Source: Octopus vulgaris
Taxonomy: Eukaryota
DNA length: 64,000 nucleotides
Direction of reading: 5' to 3'
Assembly (NCBI GenBank): GCA_951406725.2
Contig: OX597815.1
Span: 95,914,001 to 95,978,000, forward strand
The notes beneath the pieces are model-generated. The model had not been told where the DNA came from. It ran no database searches and saw nothing but the letters and a program-made list of their open reading frames with translations. How positions within the stretch are numbered: the first letter of the stretch is position 1; every line of letters begins with the position of its first letter. This document shows, in pieces, positions 1 through 13,420 of the stretch. The position numbers and the translations under genes were made by a program.

Positions 1-1065
1 GGGACAAAGGTATTTCGGTTTTTTCTTATATTATACCAGTATGTAGTTTGAGGTTTAAATTGATATACATATATTAGGGTCGTGTCTTGTATTTTCTTGT
101 ATCTCACTTCGTCATTTACGTTCAAAAAGAATATCACAGTATGTGATTGACTCTGAGAGAAGTATTACCATTGTGAATCTCGTCTCTGATCTATAACAGT
201 GGGGCCCCGACATTAGAAATTTAATTTCTTCCGTATATCCGTGCATCTGTAATATCTGTGCATATATATACTAAAGTATGTATCTATATATCTCCATTAT
301 CTTATATCAATATGTCAACACACCTATACATCTATCTATGTGCATCTTCAACATTTATATGTGATTATATATATATATATATATATATATACATGCATAT
401 AAATAAAACAAATGTATGCGCTTCTATGAGTGTACTTATTTGCCTCTACATGTTTGTGAGAGTGCGCGCACGCTTTTGTGTGCACATTTTCTACAACATG
501 TATATTACTTGAATTATAATGTCTTAAAATGGCATTGTATATATCACATCCACATTTTTCGAACGCGATATGAAGTGTAGTAAACATATTTGAGAAAAAG
601 TTGGAGGAACTGTCATAGTCTTCAAAGTGGTTGGGAAAATTTGAATTCTTATAGTGAGGATTTTCCTTAAGATGAAAGGTCGTTGCATATTTCAACGAAA
701 TTATCGCAACTAAATTTCATCAAGTTTTCGTTTTCTTGTTTTCAATGTCTTGGCGTGCAGTAAAGAAAACGTTAACATATTGCGCATTTTTACACACGCG
801 ATTATGTTTCACTATTTTGTCATCACCGTGAACAAATAATTAAGGAGTAAGGAATTGCAAACTTCAAAATAATACTCAAATTTAATTTTCTACATCTAAT
901 CAGTTGTTTATAAACATATTTTGCCCTGTCGCTCACTGTGTAGCTTGGTACATACGTCGTTGTAGGATACATTCCAGGAGAAGAATTTTACCTGTGTTAT
1001 AAGTCTAGTTACAAATTCGCTAATATATTGCATGTATTCTATTGAAGGAAATAATCCAATGCACG

Positions 1066-1119
<54 letters not shown>

Positions 1120-1550
1120 CTTTTAAATTGGTTTAAAGGAAACATTTTTGAGCTCCTGTCATTATATCGAGTAGAACTTAGTGTTAGAGATTTGAAAGTC
1201 CTGTGGAGTTGTACTGAAGTTTTACGAAATAGTTTTATGACGTAGTACTGGGCTATGTCGATATAATTTAGGATAGTTATAGTAATAGCAATAATAATCC
1301 ACAGCTGGAATCTATAAATGTTTTAATGTATCGCCATGCGTCTTACCACACATGACAAGGTTATTACGATCATAGTCATTAATCCTGAAGTGATTACAGT
1401 ATATTCCATAGTAACCATGGACATAGGATAGATCATAGTTCATGTGTTCATTTCATCGGCGGATGCATAAGCAAATACATATAAACGTATATACATTACT
1501 TATGTATATATATATTCACTCGCCCAAATAAACAGACACACGACATTTAC

Positions 1551-1606
<56 letters not shown>

Positions 1607-1612
<6 letters not shown>

Positions 1613-1995
1613 TAAATATTAGGGAATAAATCCAAATTTACAGGGAAAAAAATCAGATTTAGGATTAAATCCAATTTTATAGTAAAATATTATAAAATAT
1701 TATTAGAGACAAAACCACTATTTTGCAAAACAAACAAGGAAAGACTTAATCAATACATAAAATTTTAATAAATAGTCAAAAAACCGCCACTACAATCGTT
1801 TCTTGTCTTGATCGACAATCTTCAGGTGGACTTCAATAAGTCAGTTTCAAATTATGAAGTATTTGAAACTGACTTATTGAAGTCCACCTGAAGATTGTCG
1901 ATCAATGGCGTTTTTTTGACTATTTATTAAAATTTTATGTATTGATTAAGTCTTTCCTTGTTTGTTTTGCAAAATAGTGGTTTTGTCTCTAATAA

Positions 1996-2000
<5 letters not shown>
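1607..2000. mobile_element. Palindromic (fold-back) pLTR/retrozyme-like element between (TA)n tracts
   Basis: Arm 1695-1852 is the reverse complement of 1861-2000, with 8-nt spacer TATGAAGT; the right arm lacks about 18 nt. (TA)n at 1552-1606 and 2001-2046. The left arm carries an HHR. Confidence 0.8.
1787..1829 (-). ncRNA. Minimal type I hammerhead ribozyme
   Basis: Minus strand reads CCAC-CUGAAGA-UUGUC(GAUCAA)GACAA-GAAAC-GAUU-GUA^GUGG: complete core, 4-bp stem I, 5-bp stem II, 2-bp stem III, GUA cleavage triplet. Confidence 0.75.
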
Positions 2001-2048
<48 letters not shown>

Positions 2049-2442
2049 GTGTGTATGTATGTGCGTTTGTGCGTTTATACCTGCATGCGTGTATGTCTGT
2101 ATAACTGTGTGTATACCTGTGTATGACTGTGTGTGCGTTAGTGTGTAAATTTTCTTTGATACAAAGGCACAACAAAAACCGCATAACAATTACGCACAAA
2201 ACAGGACACTAATTTCTAGAAAAATCTGTCAGTACTGTGTACTTGTCACTGAGGTCATAACTGTCATGTCTTTGCCTGCAGGGAGAAACAAAAAATAAAA
2301 TATGTTGGGAAATATATGCTGGCTTTGTTATTCAAGAACATGGGAACATTTAATCTGCCGATAGAAATCCCATGTAACGAATAGACAATACAGTAAAACG
2401 CGACAAATTTTTTATTACCGTTCCCTTCATTCCCTTCCAGAA

Positions 2443-3002
2443 TTTATCTCTGGTTAGTGGTTTGAATTTTTAACTGTTCTTTCTAGCACAAGGCTCTCCT
2501 ATGATGGAAGCCTCTTAATGGGTTTTAATGTACATGATATTTTATATGAAGAATATATAGTCTATTTACTAATTTGTTTTTTGTGCTAGGCCATTGATAA
2601 TAAAAAAAATCTATAATTCTTATTACTCTAATATTATTTGTTACGTTTAAATGATTTTTGCTAAATTTGTTCGAAGTTTTACCGGCATCCTCTCTGTTGC
2701 CGAAAATAGACTGCGATTGCGCAGTGAATTTTAAAAGTGAGAATATACAAACAATGAGTTTACATGCGGAATCGATCTCGTTGTGTATTTTAAATCTAAG
2801 GCTACCCACTGATGAAGACGGCCTCAGTAAACGGTTTTTTTACAGAAATAAGTTAGAAACCATGGTCTAGGAATTAAATTAGATGGTAAATGTTTTTAAA
2901 TTGCATTCCCTTTGAGATTTTATCTATTGGTTATAATTTTTAACTGCTCTTTCTAGCCTTCCTATGATAGAAGCCTCTTAATATGTTTTAATGTACACGA
3001 TA
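2443..3002 (+). mobile_element. Terminally redundant monomer (about 463 nt) with an HHR motif (retrozyme/pLTR-like)
   Basis: Diverged direct repeats at about 2443-2538 and 2919-3001 (TAACTG.TCTTTCTAGC...CCTATGAT.GAAGCCTCTTAAT..GTTTTAATGTACA.GAT); AAGCCTCTTAAT starts at 2508 and 2971. Confidence 0.6.
2805..2871 (+). ncRNA. Type I hammerhead motif with degraded stem II
   Basis: CCCA-CUGAUGA-(40 nt)-GAAAC-CAUG-GUC^UAGG; stem III region ACCAUGGU is self-complementary; stem I pairs 3 of 4. Confidence 0.5.
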
Positions 3003-3600
3003 ATAGGGATTCAGATAGAATCAGGTTATTGAAATGTAAGCATCATGTAGGGTTGGGTAACCCTGTTGTCACCACCTATGACTGATAAATATGGAATAGG
3101 ATATTCCGGCTGTCTACAGAGAGAAAACCAACCCTATGAGTATTTAGCAACTAGGGGCTAGTCCAAAGCAAGCGTTACGTTCATTGTATGTTGTTGATAC
3201 TCTCCAGGCTGTAGGACGTGTTGCAAATCCCTATGGTCTAACATAATCAAATGAATAACAGACGATGGAGAAATGTTAGCGCATTACAACTGTTTCTTAG
3301 GCATTTTTTTAAAAATAGAAGAATTAGAACATTAATTCATTGCAAAAACCGTAATTATCAAGTGAAATATAATTTCAAAAACAAAATAATATCCCAAGAA
3401 TACAGTAGGGTTGTGGCTGAAGTCTATCAACGCTTAGTATGTAATGGAGAAGTGACCAACAAAATTGGCAGCTATGGTTATAAATATTTTGTGACGTTTT
3501 GCAGATTTAATAAAACAAAGCATAGTACTCTACCTTGGGTATTCGAGTAATATATTTTCACCCTGTTTGCATTCATGTATTACTCGTGTGTATATATATA

Positions 3601-3720
3601 CCACCGTGATCACCGTAACCGACAGGCTATCAAATGTTGCTACACATCGATGGTCACAATGCGCTTCGCACTGCTTTTGCCTTCAAATGACGCCACACCG
3701 CAGGCTACGCGAGCAGGCCA
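3601..3720 (-). mobile_element. SINE 3' fragment between (TA)n tracts
   Basis: GC-richer island (minus strand TGGCCTGCTCGCGTAGCC...GCGAAGCGCATTGTGACC...) resembling an octopus SINE tail as I recall it. Confidence 0.4.
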
Positions 3721-4394
3721 GTGTATATATATATATATATATATATATACAAATGAAAGACAGAAGGTTCAATATGCGAGAATGTATTATTAATCACAAC
3801 AATTGTTTCCACACATCTAGTATCGATTCCTCCTGGGTGAGACACTCAACAACTGGTTCACGAGCATCCGGTGGTGCAGATCTGTCTTGACGGGTGATAA
3901 ATAAATAAAAAACAAATCGTTAAAATGACTGTTACACAATGTAAATTTCCGTTTCGTAGAGAGAATATCACCCAGATGGAGGAAAAATTTTCATAAATAT
4001 AGAATAACAAACATAAAATTGCAGATGACAAAGAGAGAAAGGAACATGTAATCCAGCCAGAAAAGTATTGAAAATAACCGTTAACACATATGGATGTATA
4101 AACGCCCTCGGGCAAGTTGCATGCCACGAGTACACACGCAGATACAAGCATCAGCAAAAATGTGAGCATACCCGCACACGAGGTTTGGTGCACTCATGAT
4201 AAAAAAGCGAGTTAGTTATTTACTTGGTGTTTATAAGGATGGGGTGGTTAAAAGTAAAATTAAGTCATCCATACTTAAAGTAAATTAAATTTGAGTAAGT
4301 TAACCGTTACTCAAAATTCATTATCACTGCACTGTGCAAAAGTACATTCATATGCGTGTAGGAGTAACTATCTAATAGAACTGTATATTTGATT

Positions 4395-4970
4395 GTTATT
4401 ACTCTCGGTACATGTTTTGGGGACACGGCAAGCCAACGGTTGTTCTATGCGCTCACCATCTGACCCTGGCAGAAATCATTCTCGTCTGAGAAAACCTAAA
4501 GCATGTTCGGTTGTAGGCGATGCTTGAGGTTATTCAAAAGATTCGTAGCCTGGTTTTTCTTCTTTTCTTTCATGGCTTGGGATAAAAATCGGACCTTTCT
4601 CATCTTGTGTGATGAAGGCCGAATGTCTTCATATACTACATGCCTGATAAGAAACTCAAACACACCATGTCACTGGAGATGGATCTAATTGACCTGGAGG
4701 GATCGCTGTCAATCATGGCCTGGATCTCACCAACAAATTCAGGAGTTCTTTCCTTACCAGAACGATCACAGTAAATTTTCCTAGCTGCCGTACTTCGTAA
4801 TCACCTTTAGACTCATGGAACACACCCAAATCCCCTGCATTGTCCACACTTTAATACCCACACACTCTGAAATGTTCGTACAGCATGTCGTTTCCAAATT
4901 TCTGGCAGAGTGAATTGTGTCATGGAGCTCTTTTTCTCACAGGCGGTGCCCAACAGAACCTACAATACTA
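4395..4970 (-). pseudogene. Tc1/mariner-superfamily (DD37D/maT-like) transposase 5' half, decayed
   Basis: Minus-strand translation across breaks gives MTQFTLPEIWKRHA...RTPEFVGEIQAMIDSDPSRSIRSI...VYEDIR...FLSQAMKEK...VFSDENDFCQGQMVSA*NNRWLA, matching the FSDEK..NNRW motif of this group. Confidence 0.7.
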
Positions 4971-5025
4971 TGGCATATATATCTATATATTTATGTATAA
5001 ATATATATGCTTATATGTATATATC

Positions 5026-5091
<66 letters not shown>

Positions 5092-5739
5092 CATACACAT
5101 ATATCTACACATACACACACATTTATATGTATATACTCATACATAAAAATGCGTGATTGTGCATGAGTAGCTGCACGCATTATGCTTTTCAGAAGGCACT
5201 AATGTGACTCAGGGTAATAGGTTTAATGTATAGAACTGCCATGTTTATGATACGTGCAAACTCTGTTCGCTGAAATAATAATATACGGCTTACAATCTAG
5301 ACAACCAGAAATTGAATTCAATGATTCTTTATTATATGTCCATATACTTAATTGCTTTGCTATGAAAAATGACTTCGTATAATCGCCATGTTCATCATTT
5401 AGTCCTTATGGAATTAAGTTATTATTTGTTCAAATTATGTCTAATAACTGTATTCGTTAAGATCCAATATATATATATACGAGTGTGTGTGTATATGTAA
5501 GTGTGTGTGTGAGTCAGAGTGAGCGTGTGTGCATGTCTCTCTCTCTCTCTATATATATATGCATATACACACACGCGCATATATATATATATATACATAT
5601 ATATGTATATAATGTATATATACACGCCGCACATATGTGTGCGTGTATATATGTATGCGTGTGTACACTCACGCACATTTGTAATTTACTCTATACTCTA
5701 TATATCTCGCTAAATTTCATCACCTGTTGTTAGATTAAT

Positions 5740-5868
5740 AGTATTTGTAGTAGTAGTAGTTGTTGTAGTAGCAATACCAGCAGCAATAATAGTGGTAGGA
5801 GGAGCAGTATTAGTTGTAGTAGTAATAGTATTGGTAGTAGTAGTAGTAGCAGTAGTAGTTTTAGTAAT
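5740..5868. repeat. Degenerate (TAG/CAG/TAA)n trinucleotide microsatellite
   Basis: Runs of AGT/AGC repeats; explains the poly-Leu stretch of ORF 5730..6032. Confidence 0.85.
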
Positions 5869-6079
5869 ATGGCCTTATGCGGTAGAACAGCGCGTCTCTG
5901 CAACCACCGTGTGTTGATTTGCAAACTCAGGCGACAACCCACAAACCCATGGCTAAGTCCATATCCAACCTCTTTCTGTCCTCTTTCACAGTATCCAAAG
6001 GAAATGTTGGGCGTATTCACTGATAGTTTCACCTCCTACTTAAGACACTACTATATCAGCATCTGTTTCGATAATTTTG

Positions 6080-7150
6080 AAATTGGAAGACTTTCACAGA
6101 AGGCCTGAGTTTATTTCAAACTTCTTAGATAGAAAGCCGGTAATTGAATTATCACTTCACGATTCTTTGACAGGAGAAAATGATTCATGTACATGGAGCT
6201 ACATTGTCGAGTCCCATATAATTAAAAGTATATATTTAACTTTACTTTGGTTTCAGCAGTACAAGGAAGCTGAAAATATTTGGCCTCAAACTATAAACCT
6301 CGTGTAGCTATTCATATAAAAACTTGTGAATCTGTATTAGGAAGACTCATGGACATCTAAATTCTCTTATGTCAATGCCAAAAAAACAGAAAGCTTAAAT
6401 TGAAAATGACTCTTGTAAGCCTATATTGTTGCGTGTGGTACATAATCGAAAAACGTAAATTTATGTCGCCTGCAGAATTGCATTTTAGCAAAAAAATAAG
6501 ACTCTTTTTTGATCTTTGAATTCTGATTGATCTTCCTTTTTTCACTAGGAATAACAGAGTCATCAATACTGTGCAGCCAGAAATTCCTAGTATCAACAAC
6601 TTGTACCTTGGTTTAATGTATAGATTCCTTCAGGAACAATTTTTCTTTACTTATTCAAGGTAAGTAATAGCAGCATATTTGCTCTTGGCGCTGCAAACAC
6701 CGTCAGTAACTTTAGAAAGAGCAAAAATAAGATTCCATTTATCCCATTTAGCCGAAACAATATTATTTAGAAAAAGCATTAGCATAAGAAACTGCACCTT
6801 TTACTTTCTGCAAATCTACATTGAAACAGTGAACTTTTGTTTGACTGAGTAGTAGGTTTATCGTTACGTTACCTCCAATTAGATCGTGGCAGCGTATAAT
6901 CCCAAGAGGAGTTCCATTTTAAGCTTCATTTCAAACCTAGGAAACCGCAATGTACAATGGTGTAATGGAATACTCACTTGAAGAGACTTGGGCTGTTTTT
7001 ATATTTATTGTAATGTAACGTTTCACTTCTTGATTATCTTCTTTAATTGTTTCTTTTTGAAATATTGTTGGATTTTCCCCATACATCAAACTTTTGTAGA
7101 ACATCTCTGTTGTAAAGTTCAACGCAATTAATCCCTATTTGATATCCTTT
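6080..7150 (-). pseudogene. pogo/Tigger-like (CENP-B, DDE_1) transposase remnant, heavily decayed
   Basis: Minus-strand pieces IVPEGIYTLNQ...FW..., CNSAGDINLRFSIMYH and ..SKYAAITY resemble Tigger EGGYLPEQVFNVDETGLFW / GNASGDFKLKPLLVYH. Many stops; boundaries approximate. Confidence 0.5.
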
Positions 7151-7567
7151 CTCCTAATGCCATCTCATGAGATGAATAGTCGTTTAGGCTAATTATGAAT
7201 AACTAACTATACATTACTAGTAAATTTAAAAGTCATTTGCTAGACCAAGAACCCAGTGGAATATAATAAAAATTAATAAGGAGAGAATTAAGTAAATCCT
7301 AGCAATTTTATCCATATCTATGAAAAATAAAAATCTATTGAATCGTAACCCGCACAATCAAAGTTGGAGCAGATGGAATGTACATGTGCTGGCAAAGTGA
7401 ATAAAATACATTTCCCATTTCAAGCTTTTACATAATTGAAATTAATGTGAATCTCCAGTAGGACGCATTTCGAGCCGAGATTCGCAGAAATATTTTGAAG
7501 TTTCTCTTCAACAACTATTTGTTGGTGTTAGAAAAAATTAAACGGAAAACTGATACTGAAAATTGTA

Positions 7568-8355
7568 CAGGAAGCCCACCACACACCAAAAAAAACAAAA
7601 AATAGAACCCATAAAATTTTCATTAAATCGTACAAAGATCCAGCAAATTCTTGAACTTTGCTGGACTTAAACTTCCGTCTGTGTACGATGATTTCCTGTG
7701 CATAAAACGCATCTAATTTTCAAAATATGCTCCGAATGGCCTCCGCAGCGTTGGAGACACACTTTCATATGTCGCACAAAATTACACATTTCTCTTAGGG
7801 GATTTCCCTGATTTCTGCTGTGATTGCTGCCTTCAGTTCACCAATTTTCGAGGGTTGTTCTGGTAAGCAATATAGTGAGATACCACCACAGCTAAAATTC
7901 TGAGGGGGTGAATGCGTTTCCCACTCAACGGCACACTTCCTGCTGATCAGTCTCTCCTGAAATCGCTCTCTCCAGCAGGCTATGAAGTCATATGATCATA
8001 TGATGCATAGAGGTGGTCCCGTCTTGCTGGAACCACTGTTCATCTCGATGTATATCTCTGCATCGTCCCAATAATACCCAACACTTCCTCAGCACTGCCA
8101 CATAGCGCTCCATATTCTCCGCGATTAAACTGTCTCTGAATATTTGCTTGCAATGCCGTGTATGATTTGTTGGGGAAATAGCCCTCCATGCAAAATGTCT
8201 TTTCTTTGGTTGACCAAGACATGTTGGGGTAGACAATTGTTCCAATCTTTCATGCAAAAATTTGACTTGCATACGCTGAAGAAGAAAAGAGGAAAGATTA
8301 AAATTAGCAGTTTTATTCAAATATTTGTGGGTTCTGTCTTTTTGTGGCCACCCTG
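7568..8355 (-). mobile_element. Internally deleted Tc1/mariner-superfamily DNA transposon (DUF4817-type N-terminus)
   Basis: Flanked by TA (7566-67, 8356-57); imperfect TIRs CAGG..GCC.AC...AGAACCCA.AAA at both ends; ORF pieces MSWSTKEKTFCMEGYF..KSYTALQANIQRQFN and WFQQDGTT. Confidence 0.75.
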
Positions 8356-9975
8356 TACATAGGAAAATTTTAATTTTATTGGCAAGTTGTTTTGAAAATG
8401 CAACAAATATATCCGTCCTTCTTTTTTTCGTCCATCATTGTTTTTCTTTATTAAATCTTTCGTGAGTGGCTCAATTATTCAGAGGCATAGGAATATATAT
8501 TGCAAATGTTTATCAAAATCAAGTGAGCAATTTAATGAAAGCAGAAAGCGCTCTGTTAACCAAGCATTCAATAACAAGATATTTGCAAATATTGACAAAT
8601 ATACAAACGAGTTAGAAGATATGTCGTCGGTATGAAACATTTATGTACAGACCTTAAAGTGTATTTATTGTCTTTTGAGTGGCAGAGTGGCACCAGAATA
8701 AAGTGACACATACATCAACAATACAAAACACGTTGATTTTTCCATTTAAAATGATATTAAATACGTTTCCTTTTCTACTCCAGATATTTAGGAATTACCA
8801 TATATGCCACGAAAACATTCTGTAATATATGAGATTTATATATCTGCGTTTTATAAAGTATAGCATAGTTCTACACAGTACTTTGCTTGATCATATTTGA
8901 AGAAATATTACACTAGACGTATATAGTACAAGCTATCAAATGCCATAATTTGTAAATTGTATCATTTACAGTCAGCGCAGAAAGATCCTATTTATATATT
9001 CCATTGAAGACTGCAAAATTAGCTCGTACCTATAATTAAATTTTCATTCTTATGCTAATTGAATTCTTCGAGCTTTCACGCATAATGGTCCCGAAAATAG
9101 TATTTTAATTATGACGATGTAAAAGCTGTGCAATACGCTTTATTATTTCGTCACTATGTCAATAATTTAGTCTCCTAATAAAGCTTTTGTTCATATATTC
9201 ATAAGATGGTTGCAGTTAAGCATCTAAGCTACATAATATGTTCCAAAGAAATGTACCAAGAATATTACACTTTTATCTTCTCAAGAAATGAATACGAACA
9301 AATGAAACGCGACTTTTGCAAAACTTAAACTATGTTAGTTAGGGGATACACTGGTGAATAGGAAATTAATTGCAATAGATTGTGTTTTAGGGCAAACATG
9401 TATCAATAAATTTCATTATGGAGTCCCAGAAATTGGAGACCTAGATACTTGGAAGATTCTTCGTGAGAACCGAAAAATACTTCATTTCTCATTATTTGCA
9501 GAGGGCGGGTTTTTGACATGCTTTAGTTCTGGGTTAATATATATCAACGGCGTTTATTACAAACGCGAAACCTAAATATAACAGCAAAACACAACATCCT
9601 CTTGCTTACCAAGCTATTTCGTTCACCATCCCTTAAAATATTAAGAAAGTATATTTGTTTTACTGAACTGTTTGTTGTTTGTATTAGAAGAGAGTGCACG
9701 ACTATACTATGCTTTCTTATGATATCTCAGGCATTAAAGATCATATCATGCTTTTCGCAAAATACCACACTAATGTTGTAGTCACGGATTTGTAATGTTT
9801 TGTGGTACAAACTTATTATCAACGAGACAATAGTCCTTACATCTGCCGTTTACATTAACTTAGTACAACATACATTCATTAGCCGCATAACAGCATAAAA
9901 CTTATTCTTCAGATTCTCATTTGGACAGATGCGATGGAGATATAAATCTTTGAGATATCAACCATATTCGCAATT

Positions 9976-10040
<65 letters not shown>

Positions 10041-12092
10041 CGATGTATTCATGGGATTTATTCTGCTCCTCTAAAAATACATTATAGACAAAACTATTTT
10101 TGTTTTGTGTAAATCTTTTGTCTGCTGATGGAGGGAATGAGGTGAAAACAATGCGTAAATAAATGAGTTAATAATATTTACGAGGGTTTATTGCCAGCAA
10201 AATATAAGAATATTTTCGATGGAAAATAAAACAACAAAAAACTTACTCGTCGCTAGAAGGGGACTTAACTCCTGTTTGCAAATATTGGTGATTTTCCCGA
10301 CTTGAAAATTGTTAAAAGTTTTGGTTGAAAATTTATTTTTACTGCTATTCGCTGGTGCCTCTGGTAAGAATACGTTGACGAAAATAGAGCTAGCGTCATG
10401 AAGAATGTTGTAAAATTGGAGCGACATGCGTGCAAGTTTGTGGACGTGCATAAATTACATCCGTGTACACACACACACATACACACATCCTGCCTTTTAT
10501 ATATGCAGATATTTTGTGACATATGATAATTTGACCCCTGTGGTAATACTATTAATGAGTTCTGCTCTAACACTGCATGTAGTCATATATCGGCAGTCAA
10601 GTATACTGTGCCAGTAAGTGATGACAACTTGAATTCAACATTTAGGGATGAAAGGATCACTTGCGCTCTGTGAAATTTAACGCAGACGTATAGTGCTAGA
10701 TCAAATACCACACGGTTTTTAACTTTTACAATATAAGTATTCTACAACTAGAATGAAACATATACGAAATATTTTTTTCTAAAGCCTAATTTTGAAAAAA
10801 GCGTCTTACACTATTGAATCAAACATCAGTAACTGGCTGCTATTTCTTTTTGTCGATACTATTTAACTCCGTGTCAGCTCCCGTCAAACAGTCAAGTGGT
10901 AATATGCGGTGCTAATGAGCTTATTCCGTATTTCTTTCACGCAGACATATCACTGTAATCTGTAATGTTTTAAAATAGTACGATGTAATTTGAATCAAAT
11001 ATGAGCATGATTTCCAGTGGATCCATTGATGGTTTTATTATGCTGGAAACCATGAAAATCGAGGTAGAATCACTGGATTTTGTAGAGAGAATATTAAAGG
11101 ACGAAACTAAAGTCTGTGCGACACTGTTCAAATTACTATTATTGTCTCCATTTGAAATCCTTTCTGCACATATCAATTAATGAAAATTACTGAAGACTGA
11201 AGTGCGTCGTCCTTAATAGATTTATCGAAACTGGAGAAACTTCAATACTTGATATTCTAATCTCTACGATAACAAAACTAATAAAACTGATTAAATATTA
11301 ACTGGCGTCGAACGAATCGAGATTATCTTGGGGAGAAAATTTCATTTCTGAATATGTTATAAAATGTTCAGTAAAGATATTATGTGCTTAAATGTCAATA
11401 ATATATGGAAAAGAAATGAACAAAAGACATACATCCCAACTCTCTATTAATTATATTATGAAATCTCATAAAAGTTCTCGAACGATTGCAATTACAGACC
11501 TAATTATAATCGAAATAAAACGGTTGGCGATCTATGTTTAGATTTAATTGTAATTTAGGCTCCACATTCTTACTAATCCGTCAAATCTTGCCCTGTTATC
11601 ATTTTCAATAATTTGGTTAGCGGCCAAAATTCTTTTAATCAATTCATGGCATCGCTAAGAAAGTTTGAGAGAATACTGATATTCAAGTTGCTGTACGGAA
11701 ACAGAAAAATAAAATGGAAAGTGATAAGACATGCAAATGTACTCTAATTAAATCAATTAATATATAATTTAATAAATATATTTCAATTAAATTCAACTCA
11801 AAATAGAATAATGCAAAGGAGATTTGCCCTGCAAAACATTTTGTTCATCATCTACACACGTACTGATTGTCACTTTACTTAATTTTCATTCATTATATTT
11901 TTACAAGAAGCTAGACTTATGCGATATGAATATTTTAAATGTAGCCCAATTTCTCAACAGTGAATAGCTATTATATTGTGTCACTTGGTGTATTGTGCCT
12001 GTGGAATGACGTACAAATTATAAAATAGTGTAATGAAGCTAAAAAGAAAGCAGTTCATTAACGTATTTTATTGAATTATACTATATTCTATG

Positions 12093-12193
<101 letters not shown>

Positions 12194-12201
12194 CAAACAC
12201 A

Positions 12202-12930
12202 TAGTTTATATTCGTGTAAAAGAAAAAATGAAAATGGGGATAAATTAATCATCTCCACTTACAGTTGTTTTAATTAATAGTCAGTAAATATTAAATTAAT
12301 ATCTATATGACTGCAGTATAATATCTTTAGAGGAAAAACATATACTCTTGGATGTTTTATATGTGTTTGTGGAATCATTATAGCAGCCTAATGAATTCAA
12401 TCCATGAATACATATACAACATCAAAGGCTATATAAATGCATATACAGCATATACACATACATAAATACATATATAACATATATAAATACATATACAACA
12501 GCCAAGGTTATAGATTCTGTAAACCGTGTTATTGATCGGAGGTTTTATTTTACAAGCACATTTCCAACTTTCAAGTCACTTCAAAAACCCTCGATCCAAT
12601 AACACGGTTTACAAACTCTATGCTTGGAATGACCAATTTTAAATACTGTTGGAACTTACAAACAAGATACAGGAAACTTATAATTATACCATTCTGCTTA
12701 AATAATAGAACTGCAGATACAATATCCCTGCATATCTCACGTCTGTTTCCATTCCTCCACTTCACTCTCTATTTCATATCTTCTCTAAAATACCTATTGC
12801 TTAACCATTTTCTCACACTGTCTCCGAAGACGTGATATATAAAATATCCCGGAAACAGCTGTAAGACCTCTTTATAAATGTTCTGAAATCTTTCACAGCC
12901 TTGGATTTTTATATCACTCTGTTATTTATA
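12202..12930. mobile_element. Aged pLTR-like element with a central inverted repeat and an HHR relic on each strand
   Basis: IR 12511-12546 / 12583-12620; HHR relics at 12255-12333 (-) and 12820-12867 (+); flanked by (TAGA)n and (TA)n. Confidence 0.55.
12820..12867 (+). ncRNA. Type I hammerhead motif with a U4C core substitution
   Basis: GUCU-CCGAAGA-CGUGAUAU(AUAAA)AUAUCCCG-GAAAC-AGCU-GUA^AGAC; stem I 4 bp, stem II 7 of 8 bp, self-complementary ACAGCUGU. Confidence 0.6.
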
Positions 12931-13144
12931 TATATATATATATGCATGCTAGTATATAACGTACGTTGGACTCCTCGTTCGCATAATCACCGAACCTGGA
13001 GCTTAACTATAGTATATACATAACATTTACTCTGCATTACTAGACACCTTTGGGTCTTTTTCACACCATCACCTCTCATAGCCTATGATTGATTGATTGA
13101 TTCTAGTTTCAGCTTATGAGCTGTGGCCATGCTGGGGCACCGCC

Positions 13145-13181
13145 ATATATACATATTTGTATGTACATATATATATATTTG

Positions 13182-13219
<38 letters not shown>

Positions 13220-13224
13220 CTGTA

Positions 13225-13286
<62 letters not shown>

Positions 13287-13292
13287 TTTGTA

Positions 13293-13363
<71 letters not shown>

Positions 13364-13420
13364 GCAAACATACATATATACATACTTACAATCATACATA
13401 CATTACATACACACACACAT
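13145..13420. repeat. (TA)n compound microsatellite with three copies of an AT(T/C)TGTATGTACAT interruption
   Basis: Read directly; preceded by a SINE-end fragment GGCCATGCTGGGGCACCGCC (13125-13144). Confidence 0.9.

Noticed and set aside
10970-11300. 68-aa ORF in non-repetitive sequence
   Set aside because: No recognisable domain or convincing splice sites; adjacent frames are closed.
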